Shown one piece after another: positions 39,700-52,725 of a stretch of 64,000 nt of DNA. Source of the DNA: Sphyrna mokarran (lineage: Eukaryota); NCBI GenBank assembly GCA_024679065.1, contig JAGIQG010000009.1:93062001-93126000 (forward strand), in the 5' to 3' direction. The notes under the pieces were generated by a model that saw only the letters and a list, made by a program, of their open reading frames with translations, had not been told where the DNA came from and did not search any database. A program made the position numbers and the translations under genes. How positions within the stretch are numbered: position 1 is the stretch's first letter; the number at the start of each line of letters is the position of its first letter.

Positions 39700-41030
39700 A
39701 ATTAAATCTTTTTTTCTCTCTTCTTTCCCTAAGTATTAATTCCGCTATTAATTTAAAACCTGCCGATTTCAGCCTTAAAGTATGAAGCACTCGACCTTCG
39801 AAGCATTCTGGGGTAAAAGAAAACCCAAAGGATCACCACACTTGAGGTTGTTATTTTTCCTCAAACCCATCTTCACTGAGCACCCACTTATCTTGCGTCA
39901 ATGCCTTCGTTCTGCACTGTCCCATCAGCCGAAATATTGTCTTAGCATTTGGGCAGGCTAGCCCATTAAGAATCTTTTCTTCAGCTATATGGCCTCTCAA
40001 TCTTCTAACCTTGAAGGACTACAGAGATAACCTGATATGGCATTCGCTCCATACGTGGCATCATCTATAATACTGAAGGTGCACTGCTATCAATCAGAAT
40101 ATGTCTTTCCTTAAAAAGAGCAACAACTGCACACAAGATTCTAAAGGCAACTTCACTACAATGTGGCAGAGTTGCAGCAATAACACTTTTCCATTTCTAC
40201 TCCAGCCCTCTTGAAATAAAACCAAGAATTCCATTTGCCTGCCCTATCAGATTTTGCATCTGTATGCTCGCTTTTTCGCCTTCATGAACAAGGAACACCC
40301 AATTGCCTTTGAGCCACAGATTTCCGCAGTCTCTTTACATTCAAAAAAAAGCTTGCCTTCTTATTTTATTTTCGAAAATGAAGAATCTAACATTTATCTA
40401 TAATGAATGCAATTTATCAAATTTTTGACCACACATTAAACCTGTCAATAACTCTATTTAGCCTCTTTATATCCGCGGTATAACGTCTATTTGCTCTCTC
40501 CAATATATCACACGCAATTTGGCAACAGTGCACTTCGTCCCTTTATCCAAATCATTGTTAGATATATTGAAAATCTGTAGTCCAAGGACTCATCCTTGTG
40601 ATTGTTTGAATATTACTATGATATGTGTACTATTCCCTACAGTGAAGATCAAAACAAGATATGTATTTATCTCCTCTGCTATTAGTTTGGTCGCAATAAA
40701 TACTTTATTCACTTAGTGTCCAGTGCTTAATTTATCTTCAATATTCCTTTTAATATGCTGAGAAAAAAAATCACCGTCTTCTCGCTAGCTTCTGCTCACT
40801 GTTCATTATTTAATGCATTATTGCTTGTATTAGTCAATCTCTCGTGCATTTTGAATCTATCACATTCTTGCGGACAACCAATAAGCTGGCCAAGCAACCT
40901 CGAGAATCTCAGTGGTCTACTCCTGCTCTTAATTGTTATTTTTTGATCTTCCTTATCCAGTTTCTCCTTCACTCTATTTTAGATATGCAGGTCTTTTTGC
41001 AACTCACCCTCTATTGCTCTGCAACAGAAT
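39700..41030 (-). mobile_element. Old decayed CR1 3' portion
   Basis: Text resembles the antisense CR1 3' region (ttcacc..tcttaag.., ccctttatccaaatcatt). Confidence 0.55.
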
Positions 41031-41489
41031 GCATACATTGTCATCCAAGAAAGGTGAAAGGAGATGAACAATAGTCACATGAGAAAAACAATATTTTGTC
41101 AATAATGAAGGCAACTACGATATTAGTAACAGGGAAGCACATGAGGAACAATTAGGAGAGCGTGTATGTTACACACAGTAATTTCATTTCAGAGATAAAG
41201 AGGAATGACATGTCGAGAAAGGTGAAGGATGAACAGAGAAGGACAGTTGCAGCAATAAGAATGGCATGTTTAAAAGCCGGGTAGAGATAGAGAGGGAGAA
41301 ACAGAATCATTATTTGGGAAGATAGAGAGAAAAACCTTTGAATAAAATGCGCGGCCGTCAAGCAAAAGATTGCAAGCACAAAAATTAGAGATGAAGGGAC
41401 ATGTAAGGAGAGTGGGAGACTGGTGTGCGTAGGGAAAGTAAGAAAACGAGAGACAGAGAAATAAAATACAAAGAGGCCTATTGATTTCA

Positions 41490-42220
41490 TTTTGATTTGA
41501 TTTGATTTAATTTAATTTATTATTGTTACACCTATTACCATATAGTGAAAGGTGTTGTTGCTTGTGAGCGATACAGAGGAAACATATCATTCATAGAAAA
41601 GGAAATGAAAGGGTGCAGAATGTAGTGCTACCGTCATAACAAGGGTCTAGAGAAAGATCAACTTAATGTGAGATATCAGATACCATTCAGAAGTCTGATG
41701 GCAGAAACTGTTCTTGAGTCCGTTGATATGTGACCTCAGACGTTTTGTATTTTTGCCCGACAAAAAAAAGTGGAAGAGATTATTTCCGTATGCGTGGGAT
41801 TATTAATGATATTGGGTACATTTTGCCGAGGCAGCATGAAGTGTGGGCAGAATTAATGGATGGGAGGAGAGCTTGTATGATGGATTGGGCTACATTCACA
41901 TTTTTTTTTAATTTCTTGCAGTCTTGGCCAGAGCAAGAGCCATGCCAAGCAGTGATAGAGTCAGAAAGAATGCTTTCTTTATGCATCTATAAAAGGTGGT
42001 GAAAATTGTAGTTTATATGCCCAAATTTCATCAGACTTCTAAGAAAGTAGAGGGGTTGGTTGGCTTTCGTAACTGCAGTTTTCGCATGGGTGGACCAGGA
42101 CAGGCTTTTGGTGATCTGAACACTTAAAAACTGAAGATTTCGACCAGCTCTACTTCGTTTCCGTTGATGTATTCAGAGGCAGGTTCTCTGCTAAGCTTTC
42201 TGAAGTCGATGACAATTGAT
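41490..42220 (-). mobile_element. Rex1/Babar-type LINE 3' fragment (paralog of 60-770)
   Basis: ESILSDSITAWHGSCSGQDCKKLKKNVNVAQSII..LPSI is characteristic of the Rex1/Babar C-terminus. Confidence 0.8.
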
Positions 42221-42825
42221 TTGTGAGAAATGTGGAATAAACAGAGGGACAAAGTGGAATCATAAAGAGACATTTTGCCGTGAGTTTAAAAATGGAGGCA
42301 GGCCGAAAGTAATGGGACAGGATATAGAAGTATTAAAATAAATCAATAAAGACAGAAAGGCAAATATTTATGGAGATTGAACGTGGCAAAAAAGCAATAG
42401 AATTGATGTTTGATTTTTCTCGTGCTCTAAGTGCTTCAGTCGTGCTATTACTATATCATGCATCTCTGTTTTATTCTTTTTCTCTCTTTCTCTCTGTCTC
42501 TCTGCATTTAGTTCTCTCTTATGCAGCAACGAAGTGACTTTTCCCCATACTGGTCACTTCACATTAACGACATAGGCTACTACTCTGTGTCGCTCTGAAG
42601 ATTCCATTTGAATTCTGGTCTCACTACATTTTTTTTTAAAAAAACCGACGTTTCAAGCATGAGTGCAACCCTAGGCTCAACATATCCTAGTGCAGTGCTT
42701 TATCAGAAACAGACTTAATATTATGTCAGACTTCTTCTATGCTCATATAACATATACTAAACATATCATAGGGAGCATTCCAGATGAGATAAGTAAAAGG
42801 ATTCAGTTCCATTTCCTGCAAAGAT

Positions 42826-43742
42826 TCAACGCTGTTTCTTTGATTTAAATAATGTAACAAATAAATTAAGCGGATATTCCACGACGTTCTTGAACTCCTC
42901 TCTAAACTTGTTCTGGCTCACAGCGTAAATGCATGTGTTTGTGCAGGAACTGAGCAGCTGCAGCATAGCTGCGCTGCGTTCTGTGATAAATCGTGGGTCA
43001 CTGGTGGAATAATAGTAGCGAACATTTGCCATGCGTCGGTAAATGTTAAATGCAACCTGCGTTAACCATAACAATATGAAACTGCTAGAGATGCTGAAGA
43101 GCAGACCAATGGACTTCTTACGATTCTCTATCTCTGGATCCTTGCGATTTTCACCATTCACGCCGCTTGTCAGGACTTTGCGTACTTTACTGGCAGCTAA
43201 GATACTTCTGGCAGTCAAAGCATTGAATAATAAAATGAGGAAAAATGGAAGCAAAGGTGTTAAAATGCGGTGGAAGAGTTCAAACGCAGTCCAGGCAAAG
43301 GAAATAAAGAAGCTCGGTGTAACGACACAAGACCAAGGAATATTGTCAATTATTTGCTTTGATTCATATATAAAATACCAGGGGATGCACTCTAAGCAGC
43401 TCAGCACACTCACTGTTGCGAGAACAAGGGTCGCTGTTTGTTCAGTGCAATATTTTGCTTTAAGCTTCTTACTACAAATGGCAATGAATCGATCAAACGT
43501 GAACGCAACTGTGAACCAAACAGAAACCACAGTTGTTGCGAATCTCAGAAATGTTGTGAGACAACAGACCGGAGTAATGTGCAGGAATGTACCTTTGAGA
43601 AATACCCTACGTATATGTGTCAATATAGGATCAGTAATAATGACCAGGAGATCTGCCACTGCCATTCCAACCAGATAGCGATTGATACATTTGGAGAGAC
43701 CACATAGCTCTCGGGACAGGATCACAATGGTGATCAAATTAA
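42826..43742 (-). CDS. GPR139/GPR142-like class A GPCR, paralog B, coding exon 2
   Basis: Intact frame with the same motifs as paralog A (DRF, NTCIY); acceptor cttccag with AG at 43744-43743. The ORF-track N-terminus MCWFRFLIFLLFLP is intron read-through. Confidence 0.93.
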
Positions 43743-43949
43743 CTGGAAGAAAGAGAAGAAAAATCAGAAAACGAAACCAGCACATTTAGAACCAAACACT
43801 ATTTTACCAAGGTGTCAAATGAGACTTCCAAATTATTTGCAACATCATCAATTTGAATTGAATTCAATGTATGTATTGACTTGGAAAGCATTTTCTGCTT
43901 TGGAAATGTATCAATCATAAATTTTGAAACTGAAATCATTAATAAGTAA

Positions 43950-45900
43950 GTAGCTGGCAACGTGCCATTAGGAATGGAGAAGAAGTTTTATGAAATATTT
44001 GTCCAAATTAAGAATCATATGAACTATGTGCCTGATTATGCAATTCAGTCCCTCAAAACTGCGCCGCCAAGTAATATGATAATGGCTATTGTTATCTCGG
44101 CCTTCATTCCACTTACTTGTCGATTCGCCATAACCCTTTATATCGAGACTCATCAAGAATCTGTCCACCTCCTTTCTAAATGTTTTCAAAGTCCCAGCAA
44201 CCATCATGCATTAGTGTATTGAATTCCCTACATTTACGATACTTTGGGACAAGTAATTTCTTCTCATTGCGATTTTAAATCTTTTATTCCTTTTTCCTAA
44301 ACTAATGACCTCATGCTCTATGTACCCTACAAAAACAATCATCCTCTCCACGTATAAATTGCCAATCCCCCTTTTCAACCTGTTCACTGCAATTAGAACA
44401 CCACTCAGTCTTCTCAATTCCATGGAATATAGGCCAAACCTCTCAACCATTCTTAGTAAGTCGAATCCACCATCTCTGGAAGAAATCTAGTGAACTTGCT
44501 CGGAAGCCCTTCCAATGCCACGATATCCCTACTCAAGTAAGTGAACCAAAACTGTAAACAATATTCTACATTTCATGTCACTAATTCTTAGTACAATTGG
44601 AAAATTCCTTCATTGCATTTATGTTCTATTCCTTTAGGAATAAATGCATAAATTCGATTTTCTTTCTTTATTACCTGCTGCGTATGCACATTAACTTTCT
44701 GTGAGTCATGCCCAGATCCCTCTGCAACAAAGTACTATCTCCCCAGTTAGGTAAGAAATTTCCTTTGAAAGGTGCATACCAAATGTGTAACCCCACACCA
44801 TCTGCCAAATGTTGTTCCATTTACTACCCTATCCATATGCATTTGTTAAATTCTTCTTTCATTATTACAACTTAGTATCCCAACTACTTAACGGTCACCT
44901 GCAATTTGGCTGTGGTGCTTAATATCCCTCCATCCAAATTACTCATATAGATTTTAAATGGATGCATTTCAGTGGCACTTCACGAGCCACATCATGTTAA
45001 CTCGATCAAGGCTCATTATTCTGAATCTCTCTTTTCTGGTGCTTAGCCAATCCTCAATAATGGTTTTATATGACCCTGAAACACAAGTGAACAAATTGTG
45101 TGTATTAACTATTTTTGTGACACCTTACCGAATGTCTCTGGAAAATCTGATATCGATGTCTACAGGATTCCCATTATACATTTGTTTGTTAGATCTTCGA
45201 AGAATTGAAGCAAAACAATCAAACATGATTTATACATTCTGACTCCTTTGTATTGAATTTTGGCACTCTAAATTGTCTTCCCTTATGTTGGATTCTGATA
45301 TTTCACGACAAGATATGTTAAACAAATTCTCCTATAGATTGTGACATTTTCCCTCAATCCGCTTTTGCATGAGAGCATTATATTAGTATCGTTTTTACAT
45401 CTACTGGAACCATTTCCATATCCACAGAATTTTGTAATATTGTAAACAATGGATACAATATCTCTGGTTTAATTTCCCGTAAAGCCCCAGATCCACCAGA
45501 TCCTGGGGACTTCCTTACCATCAATCCCAATAGATTGCAGAGAGTCTTTTTTCCTTTCTCTCGATTGACCATGGAACTTCCAATTTCCTCCCTTTTTATA
45601 ATATTTGCATGTTCTGTTACCTTTGGGATGATACACGTGTGCTTCACAGTGTAAGCTGAGGAAACAAAATCATTCAATGTCTCAGCCACTTCTGCATTCC
45701 CCATTATTAATACTCCAGGCTCATCTGCAATTGGACTCATCTTCACTTTAACTACATGTATATATATAACGTTTGCTTTTATTTTAAGCTAGTTTTCTTT
45801 CCTGAATGCTTCGTTCTTTTTTACTATTTCCAGGGTTCCTAAAAGTTTCACAATCATCTACTCAGCCATTGGTCTTTGCAATACCTTATGCCTTCGTTTT
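43950..45900 (-). mobile_element. Old CR1 (paralog of 2480-4450)
   Basis: Peptides ERFGLYSMELRRL, AEVAETLNDFVSSAYT and KSPG..LREIKPEI. Confidence 0.75.
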
Positions 45901-45999
45901 CGTCTTTATGCTATCATTGATTTCCTTGCTGAGGCACGGTATGACTTCTCTCTCTCTCTCTCTCACTCGCTCTTCATCCCGCTGATTAAACAATACATG

Positions 46000-48320
46000 G
46001 AGGAAAAGTCTGAAGGTAGCCTTGGCGCAAAATATGCTCTGGTTGGGATTTCAATGTTCAACAGCCACGCAGCTCAGTAGCAAAACTAGTCGTGTCTTCA
46101 AGAATGTAACGAATTAACTCGGACTGCGGCAGGTGGTGAGAAAACCAACAAGAGGGAAGAATTTTGGCTCATCATACGTACCAATCTGCCGGCTCCAGAT
46201 GCATCTGCCAATGAAAGTATTGGTCAGAGTGAAGACCGCACAGGCCTTGTAAAGATGAAGCTTCGCCTTCACAGAGAGAATAACCACTAATTTTTGCGTT
46301 ACTTTCGCCGTTTTAAATAGGAAAACAAAAATGGGAACAAGTATAACAACCCAAGATCGAGCATCCACAAGGCACTGTTGTCCATCAATAGCAGCAGAAC
46401 TTATTCCAGTGCAATATGCAACACCATGGCTCGGCTTACCCTCCCTTCGACCATTACCATCATGCCAGAGCTTCAAAAGCGTTTCAATGGAGAGTTCAGC
46501 AGCACATTCCAGTGCAGCACCACGCATATTTTAAAAATATATTAACCTATTAAAGCTTTAAAACAGCACTACTGGCATTCCAACAGCTTAAAGGTAAAGA
46601 GGCACTCAGACCGAAGTGATATCACTACGTCTGAACTAGAGCCAAGATCTGCAGTCCTGCTACACCCAGCCATGAATGATGATGCAGAATTAAACAGTTT
46701 ACTGGAGGAGGAAGCGTCTCTAACATCTCTATCTTCGGTGATGAACGCATCAGTACAAAGTACGCTGACACATTCGCTGTATTCGCACCCAGAAGGGGAT
46801 CACCAATCTCAGCCTCGCTCACTGATACCCAGACACACAACTGCAAGTCCCCAGACAGTTCGATTTACTCCACGTGATATCAAGAAAATGTTGGGGGCAC
46901 GAGATATTGCAAAGTCAACGGGCCCTGATGCATGTCAAAAATAGTGTGGAGGATATGTTACGGAACTGCCCGCTGTCCTAACCAAGCTCCTCGAGCACAC
47001 TAACAACACTGGCATCTAGCTGATTATACGAAAATGTGTGCAGGTATGTCCTATACATAAAAAAGCAGAGCAAATGCAGCCCAGTGAATTACCACATCAT
47101 CAGTCTTCTCTCGATCATCAGTAAAGTTATGGAAGGAGTCATCATCAACAGTGTTACCAGGCAGCACCTGTTCAGCATTACCATAGTTAGTGACCCTCTA
47201 CTTGTGTTTTACCAAGTTCACACAGCTTCCGATTTTATTACATTTGTGGTTCCAACATGGACACAAGAGTTGACTTGCAGAGGTGTTGTAAGCGTCACGA
47301 CCATTGATACCAATACTGCATTCGACCTTCTGTGATATCAAAGAGCCCGAGAAAAGCTGGAATCAATGGGTTAAAAAATCTTTGGTTGGATTCATATCTG
47401 ACATAAAAAAAGAAGATTGCGATTGTGGGGAGAGCAGTCATCAAAACTCCAGGACATCTTTGCAGGATTCTCTCAGGTGTAGTTTCCAAATCCTAACCAT
47501 CTTCAGGTAATCTCTCAATAAAATTTTCATCGTCATAAGGTTAGAAGTATAGATGTTCATTGATGATGGCACAATGATCAGTACTAGAGATAATTCCTCG
47601 GGTACTTAAGCAATCAATGTTCAAATGAAATAAGATTTGGAAAATATTCAGGCTAGGGCCAATAAGAGGCAATCTAAACACCGCCCCTTGACATTCAATG
47701 GAGCTGCAGTCAGTAAATCCCCACTGTCATCATCCTTGGGGTTTACATTCAAGAAACAAGCGACTGGACTCGTCACATAAACATAGTGGCTAGAAAAGAA
47801 GGTCAGAGGCTATGAAAACTGACCTCATCTTCTTATATGTCAGAGGCTATCCACAATCTAAAAGGCACATGTCAGGTGTATGATGGAATATCCCCTGCTC
47901 AAATTGTCTGAATATGTGAAGCTCCAACAAAACTCTTGACATAATCCAGGCCAAAGCACTCCACTTGATTTCCAGAACATCTACAAACACCCATTCCCTG
48001 CAACATCGATGCTCCATTTCAGCAGCGTTTACTATCGAAAAGATGCACCCTTTCCATCTAGAAGGATAAGAGCAGCAGATACATAGGACAAAAAATCTAG
48101 AACTTTTCCTCCCAGTCATTCACCATCCTGATCAGAAACATGTCAGCATTCTTCCACAGTCACTGTGTCAACTTTCTGGTATTCCCTCACGAAAAACGTT
48201 GTGGATTAACCCACAGCACGTACTTCAGCTTTGCAAGAAGGCAGTTCCACATATTTTCAAAGACAAGGATGGGTGGGCAATCGATATTGGCCAACCTGCA
48301 ACGTCGTGTCCAACGAATAA
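46000..48320 (+). mobile_element. CR1/L2-group LINE (paralog of 4560-6850)
   Basis: VRFTPRDIKKML..DIAKSTGPD and NYHIISLLSIISKVMEGVI. Confidence 0.8.
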
Positions 48321-50075
48321 AAGTGGTTCTATGTTGGATCTGTTGATCGGGATCTTGGATTTGCACGTCATCTTGGAACAGGTGGAGGTCGTGGAGAATA
48401 TTTTGGAAGCATCCAAAACAGAACAGGTGCTTCATAATCCTTCATAGTTGACAGTGCTTTTGACAGAGAGATCAAAGAAGACCACATCCCAAAGTCTCTT
48501 CACTGCATTTCTCTCATAGATGCTGCACCCTATCCATTACTGGCTGCAATCCGCATTGTGATCTGTGAGGAGACCTTTAGTTACATGAAGTCAATAATTA
48601 TGGATCATTCCTTAATTAACTGTAGCTACTGCAGTCAGTCCTTTTATTGGAAATGCTCAATATTAAGGCATCCGTCAAATTTTGTACCATGTTATCTTCC
48701 TTCCAGCCAAGTGAAATGAGGGCGTGTAATCGTGTCAGTAGTGTTCGTCGCCATGTTTCTGTTGTGTGTTGAGGGTTGCAACAAGATTCTTGTTGTTCTA
48801 AAGTTCTTGGATAAATTTTACAACTCGGGTGAGGTTGGGTTTGCTGGAATGATGGCGAATTGCATGATGTGGATCGGAGTCGACTGCACTCACACTGAAG
48901 ACAGAATTATTATTCAGGACGTTGCCAATGTGTTGTCTTCAGCAGGCGCTGACTTGTGCTTTGTTCTTGACAGGTATCTTTCTGTAAGTCCTCAGGTGCT
49001 TCGGCCATAAGTGGTCTTGACGTCACTAAATAAACCATGTTGTTAGCTCTGTGTTGGATGCCTATTCTTTCTCCACACTTTTTTTTTTGCTGGACTTCAG
49101 CCTTTCAGCCATTTTAGAGCTGATTTTTTACTTCCAAATAGCGGTAATCTTCCAGGTTCAGGAAGACCTTATAGTTGCATCTCCTTCGTCTCGCACTCAT
49201 ACTTAGCGATCCAGCCTTGTTGCACCGCGATAAAAGCAAAACACTGCTGACGCTGCAATATGAAAGAAAAACAGAAGATGCTGGAAAATCGCAGCAGGTG
49301 CAAGCGAGACTTTAGCCAATGTTTTGTGTCAGGAAAACTCTTCTCCAACTCGACGGAAGGAAATCCGGAATCGAATCGTTGACTGCACTCTTTGCGAGAC
49401 CTGCTGAGATTACCCAAAATTTTCTGTTTTTCGTTTGATATATCCAGTCCAGTGACCAAGGGTCTCTTTTCAGGTGATGATTTTGGACGCCTCAAGGACA
49501 GACACTGAGCTGCAAATACTGCGTCTCTATTTCAGACGACAAATACTGAAGCTGTCAGAATGGCAACGACACTATGGCTGAATAAAGTATCGTTTCAGGG
49601 TTTTTAGTGCTTCAGCATTGAATCCTTGCTCCTCTTTTGCTGCTGTTACTGCCTCTGTTTTGCGGCTACATTTATGTTGGACACGGAGCAAACTAGACAA
49701 TGGCTTGTCCAGCATTCGTTTTCTCTTGTTATGATGCGGATAACACCGATCATCCTGTGATCCTTCGCTCGAACAATGACGTAACCAAACGATGTCATTG
49801 CTTGGTGCGGGGATTTTTTCATGAGGCTTCGGATTGTCCTCTGACAGGACACAATATTGATTATAGCAAAGCCATTTTCTGGGCATTTCCTAAGGAGCAA
49901 ACTCATGTTGGTGTTGGATTTCCCTCGTCCTTCTTGCCTATTGCATTTCCCGCAGATTAATACCCATTTAAATCTCGTCTTGTAGTATCGAGGAGGATCA
50001 GCTTGCCGTCTGTAGGCCAAGAATTGTTTGACGCTGAGGTAAAATTCCTGATTGATATTCTTTTATCCCATCAGC
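48320..50075 (-). mobile_element. RTE LINE fragment with palindromic insert at ~49230-49440 (paralog of 6860-8590)
   Basis: ORF 49646-50020 resembles the RTE endonuclease C-terminus. Confidence 0.7.
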
Positions 50076-51123
50076 CCCCGATCGATATCTAATTCCTTCT
50101 TGAAAACATAAAATGTTTTGGCCTCAAATAATTTCTGCTGCAATGACTTCTACAGATGGATGCTCCCGGGGTGAAAAAAGCTCCTTCTCACCTCTGTCCT
50201 CAAAAGATTACCCCATATCCTGAGACTCAGTCGCCAGATTCTGGACACACCCGCATCAGGAACATACTTCCTGCATCGATCATGTTAGAATTTTAATGTT
50301 TCTACAAGATCCCGTCTCATTCTTTCGAACTCCAAAGGCGAGGAGAGAGTTAATGTCCTTGACAGCAAGAATGCAATTGAATTCGTGCAGCATCAATGAG
50401 CCTTAGAAAAAATGTTGGCAATAAGAATCAAGGAGAAAATCCTTCACTATTTGAATCGTACCTGACACAAAGGAAGATTGTTGTGGTAGTTGTTGCCCTC
50501 AGCCCCAGCGCATCACGGCTGGAATCCCTGAGGGAAGTGCCTTGAGCCGAGCTGTCTTCAATTGTTTCATAATTGACCTTTCTTCCACCTTAAGAGGATA
50601 TTCGCTGATGTTTGCATCATGTTTGTAACAATTCAGAAATCATCTGATACTCAAGAAATCCACGTTCAAGTGCAACAAGAGCTAAACAAAGTGCAGGTTT
50701 TGGGTTATAAATTGGCAAGTAAAAGCTAAGCCAGCAAACTGGTTGGATCGGGCTAAGTGGTCCTGGCAGAACCCAAACTAAGCGTCACTGGACAGCTTAA
50801 TTCGAAGCAAGAGCGAGATAGACAGTGTGTTGATGACCACTTCCATCAGTTTTCCGATGATAGAATGGGCGAATGGGCCTCTCAGACTATATAAATTAGT
50901 TTTTTTAAAACATTATATGCAGTGAGATGGAGAAGGGGATGTAGAGTCAGCAACAAATTCAAGTTAATAGTCAAGCACTGAAGTGGCTTCGGAAATGTAG
51001 ACAAGTATCTTTTTTTTTCCTACAGTGATAACTAATCCATGATGTGGAGATGCTGGCGTTGGACTGGGGTAAAACAGAAAGAAATCCCGCAACATCAGTC
51101 CAAACAGGTTTATTTGTAGCAAA

Positions 51124-51166
51124 AGTCGCAATCTTTCGGGACAGCCTGTCCCTTCGTCAGGTGGCT
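51124..51166 (-). ncRNA. Minimal hammerhead ribozyme motif, core intact, sense to the GPCR pre-mRNA
   Basis: agccac-CTGACGA-a-gggaca/ggc/tgtccc-GAAA-gatt-gcgact; perfect stem II, weakened stem I. Confidence 0.6.
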
Positions 51167-52725
51167 GGAAATTCTGATCTTAAAAATACACAAAGACACA
51201 AACTTAATTTACATGCGTAATGATTGGAATGTGAATCTTTAAAGCTAATCAATTCTTAAAGGTACAGACAACGTGAGGGGAGAGAGCTTTAAGCACAGAT
51301 TAAAGAGATGTGTATTGTTTCCAGACAGAAAGTTAGTGAGATTTTGCAAGTCCAGGCAAGTTGTGGGGGTTACAGATGGTGTGACATGAACCCAAAGTTC
51401 AGGTTGCGGCCGTCCTAGTGTGTGTGGAACTTAGCTATCAGTTTCTGCTCAGCACCTCGGTGCTGGCATGTGTCGTGAAGGCCGCCTTCAAGAATTCTTA
51501 CCTTAAGATCAGAGGCCGAATGCCCATGATGGCTGAAGTATTCGCCCACCAGGAAGAGAACAGTCTTGCTTGCTGATTGTCGAGTAGTGTTCCTTAATCA
51601 GCTGTCGTAACGTCTGCATGGTCTCCCAATGTACTAAACTTCGGGACATCTTTTCCTCAGGCTATTAGGTAGACAGCGTTGGTCGAGATGCAAGGGTATG
51701 TACGGTGTACCTGGTTGGATGGTGCTTCCACGTGGGATGATGGCGTCCGCACCAATGATCCGGCACGTCATACAGAGGTGGCTGTGGCAGGGTTGTGTGA
51801 TGTCATGGTCACTGTCCTCCTGAAGGCTGGGTAGTTTGCTGCGGACAATGAACTGTTTGATGTTGTGCGGTTGTTTGAAGGCAAGAAGTGGGGGTATGGA
51901 GATGGCTTTCGCAAAGTGTTCGTCTGCATCAATGAGATGTTGAAGACTCCGCAGAAGATGTCGTAGCCTCTCGCTCCGGGGAAAACGAAGAACACTGTAT
52001 TCGCCGTGTCCCGTGTTTGCCTTCTGAGGAGGCGGACGCACTTTTTGGCTATGATGCCTTGGAACTATCGATCGATGAGTCGAGCACCATATCCTGTTAT
52101 TATGAGGGCATCTTTCAGCGTCTTGAAGGTGTCTATTGCGATCCTCCTCATCTGAGCAGATCCTGTGTTTACGGAGGGCTTATCCGTCGGGAGTGGCGTT
52201 TTTAACGTGTTTAGGGTGGGTATTGGAGAAGTGGAGCATTGCGAGATTATCCCTGGGCTTGCGTTACAGTGAGGTGCTAAGATGACTTTTCTTAATGGAG
52301 ATGTGTGTGTCCAAGAAAGTAACCAGTTCCGGAGAGTAGTCTATGGTGAGACTGATGGTAGGATGTAACTTGTTGATGTCCTCATAGAGTTGTTTCAGTG
52401 ATTGTTCACCAAGAGTCCAAAGGAAGAAATGTCATCGATGTAGCTAGTATATAGCATCGGTTGAAACTCTTGTGTGGTGAAGAAGTCTTGTTGGCATATT
52501 GAGGAACGAATTTGATCCCCGTGGCTGCTCATGGGTTCATGTCACATTATCAGAAACCCCACAACTTGTCTGGACTTGCAAAATCTCACTAACTTTCCTG
52601 TCTGGAAGCAATCGCTCTAACCTGTGCTTAAAGCTCTCTCCACTCACATTGTCTATACCGTTAAAAATTAATTAGCTGTAAACACTCACATTCCAATCAT
52701 TATGCATCTAAATTTAGGTTGTGTC

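Noticed and set aside
43043-43678. 211-aa plus-strand ORF antisense to GPCR B (and pieces at 1601-2232)
   Set aside because: Shadow frame of the GPCR codons; broken by stops in paralog A and has no recognisable domain.
43743-43785. Signal-peptide-like N-terminus MCWFRFLIFLLFLP of the 319-aa ORF
   Set aside because: Translation of the splice-acceptor polypyrimidine tract; the true start is in exon 1.
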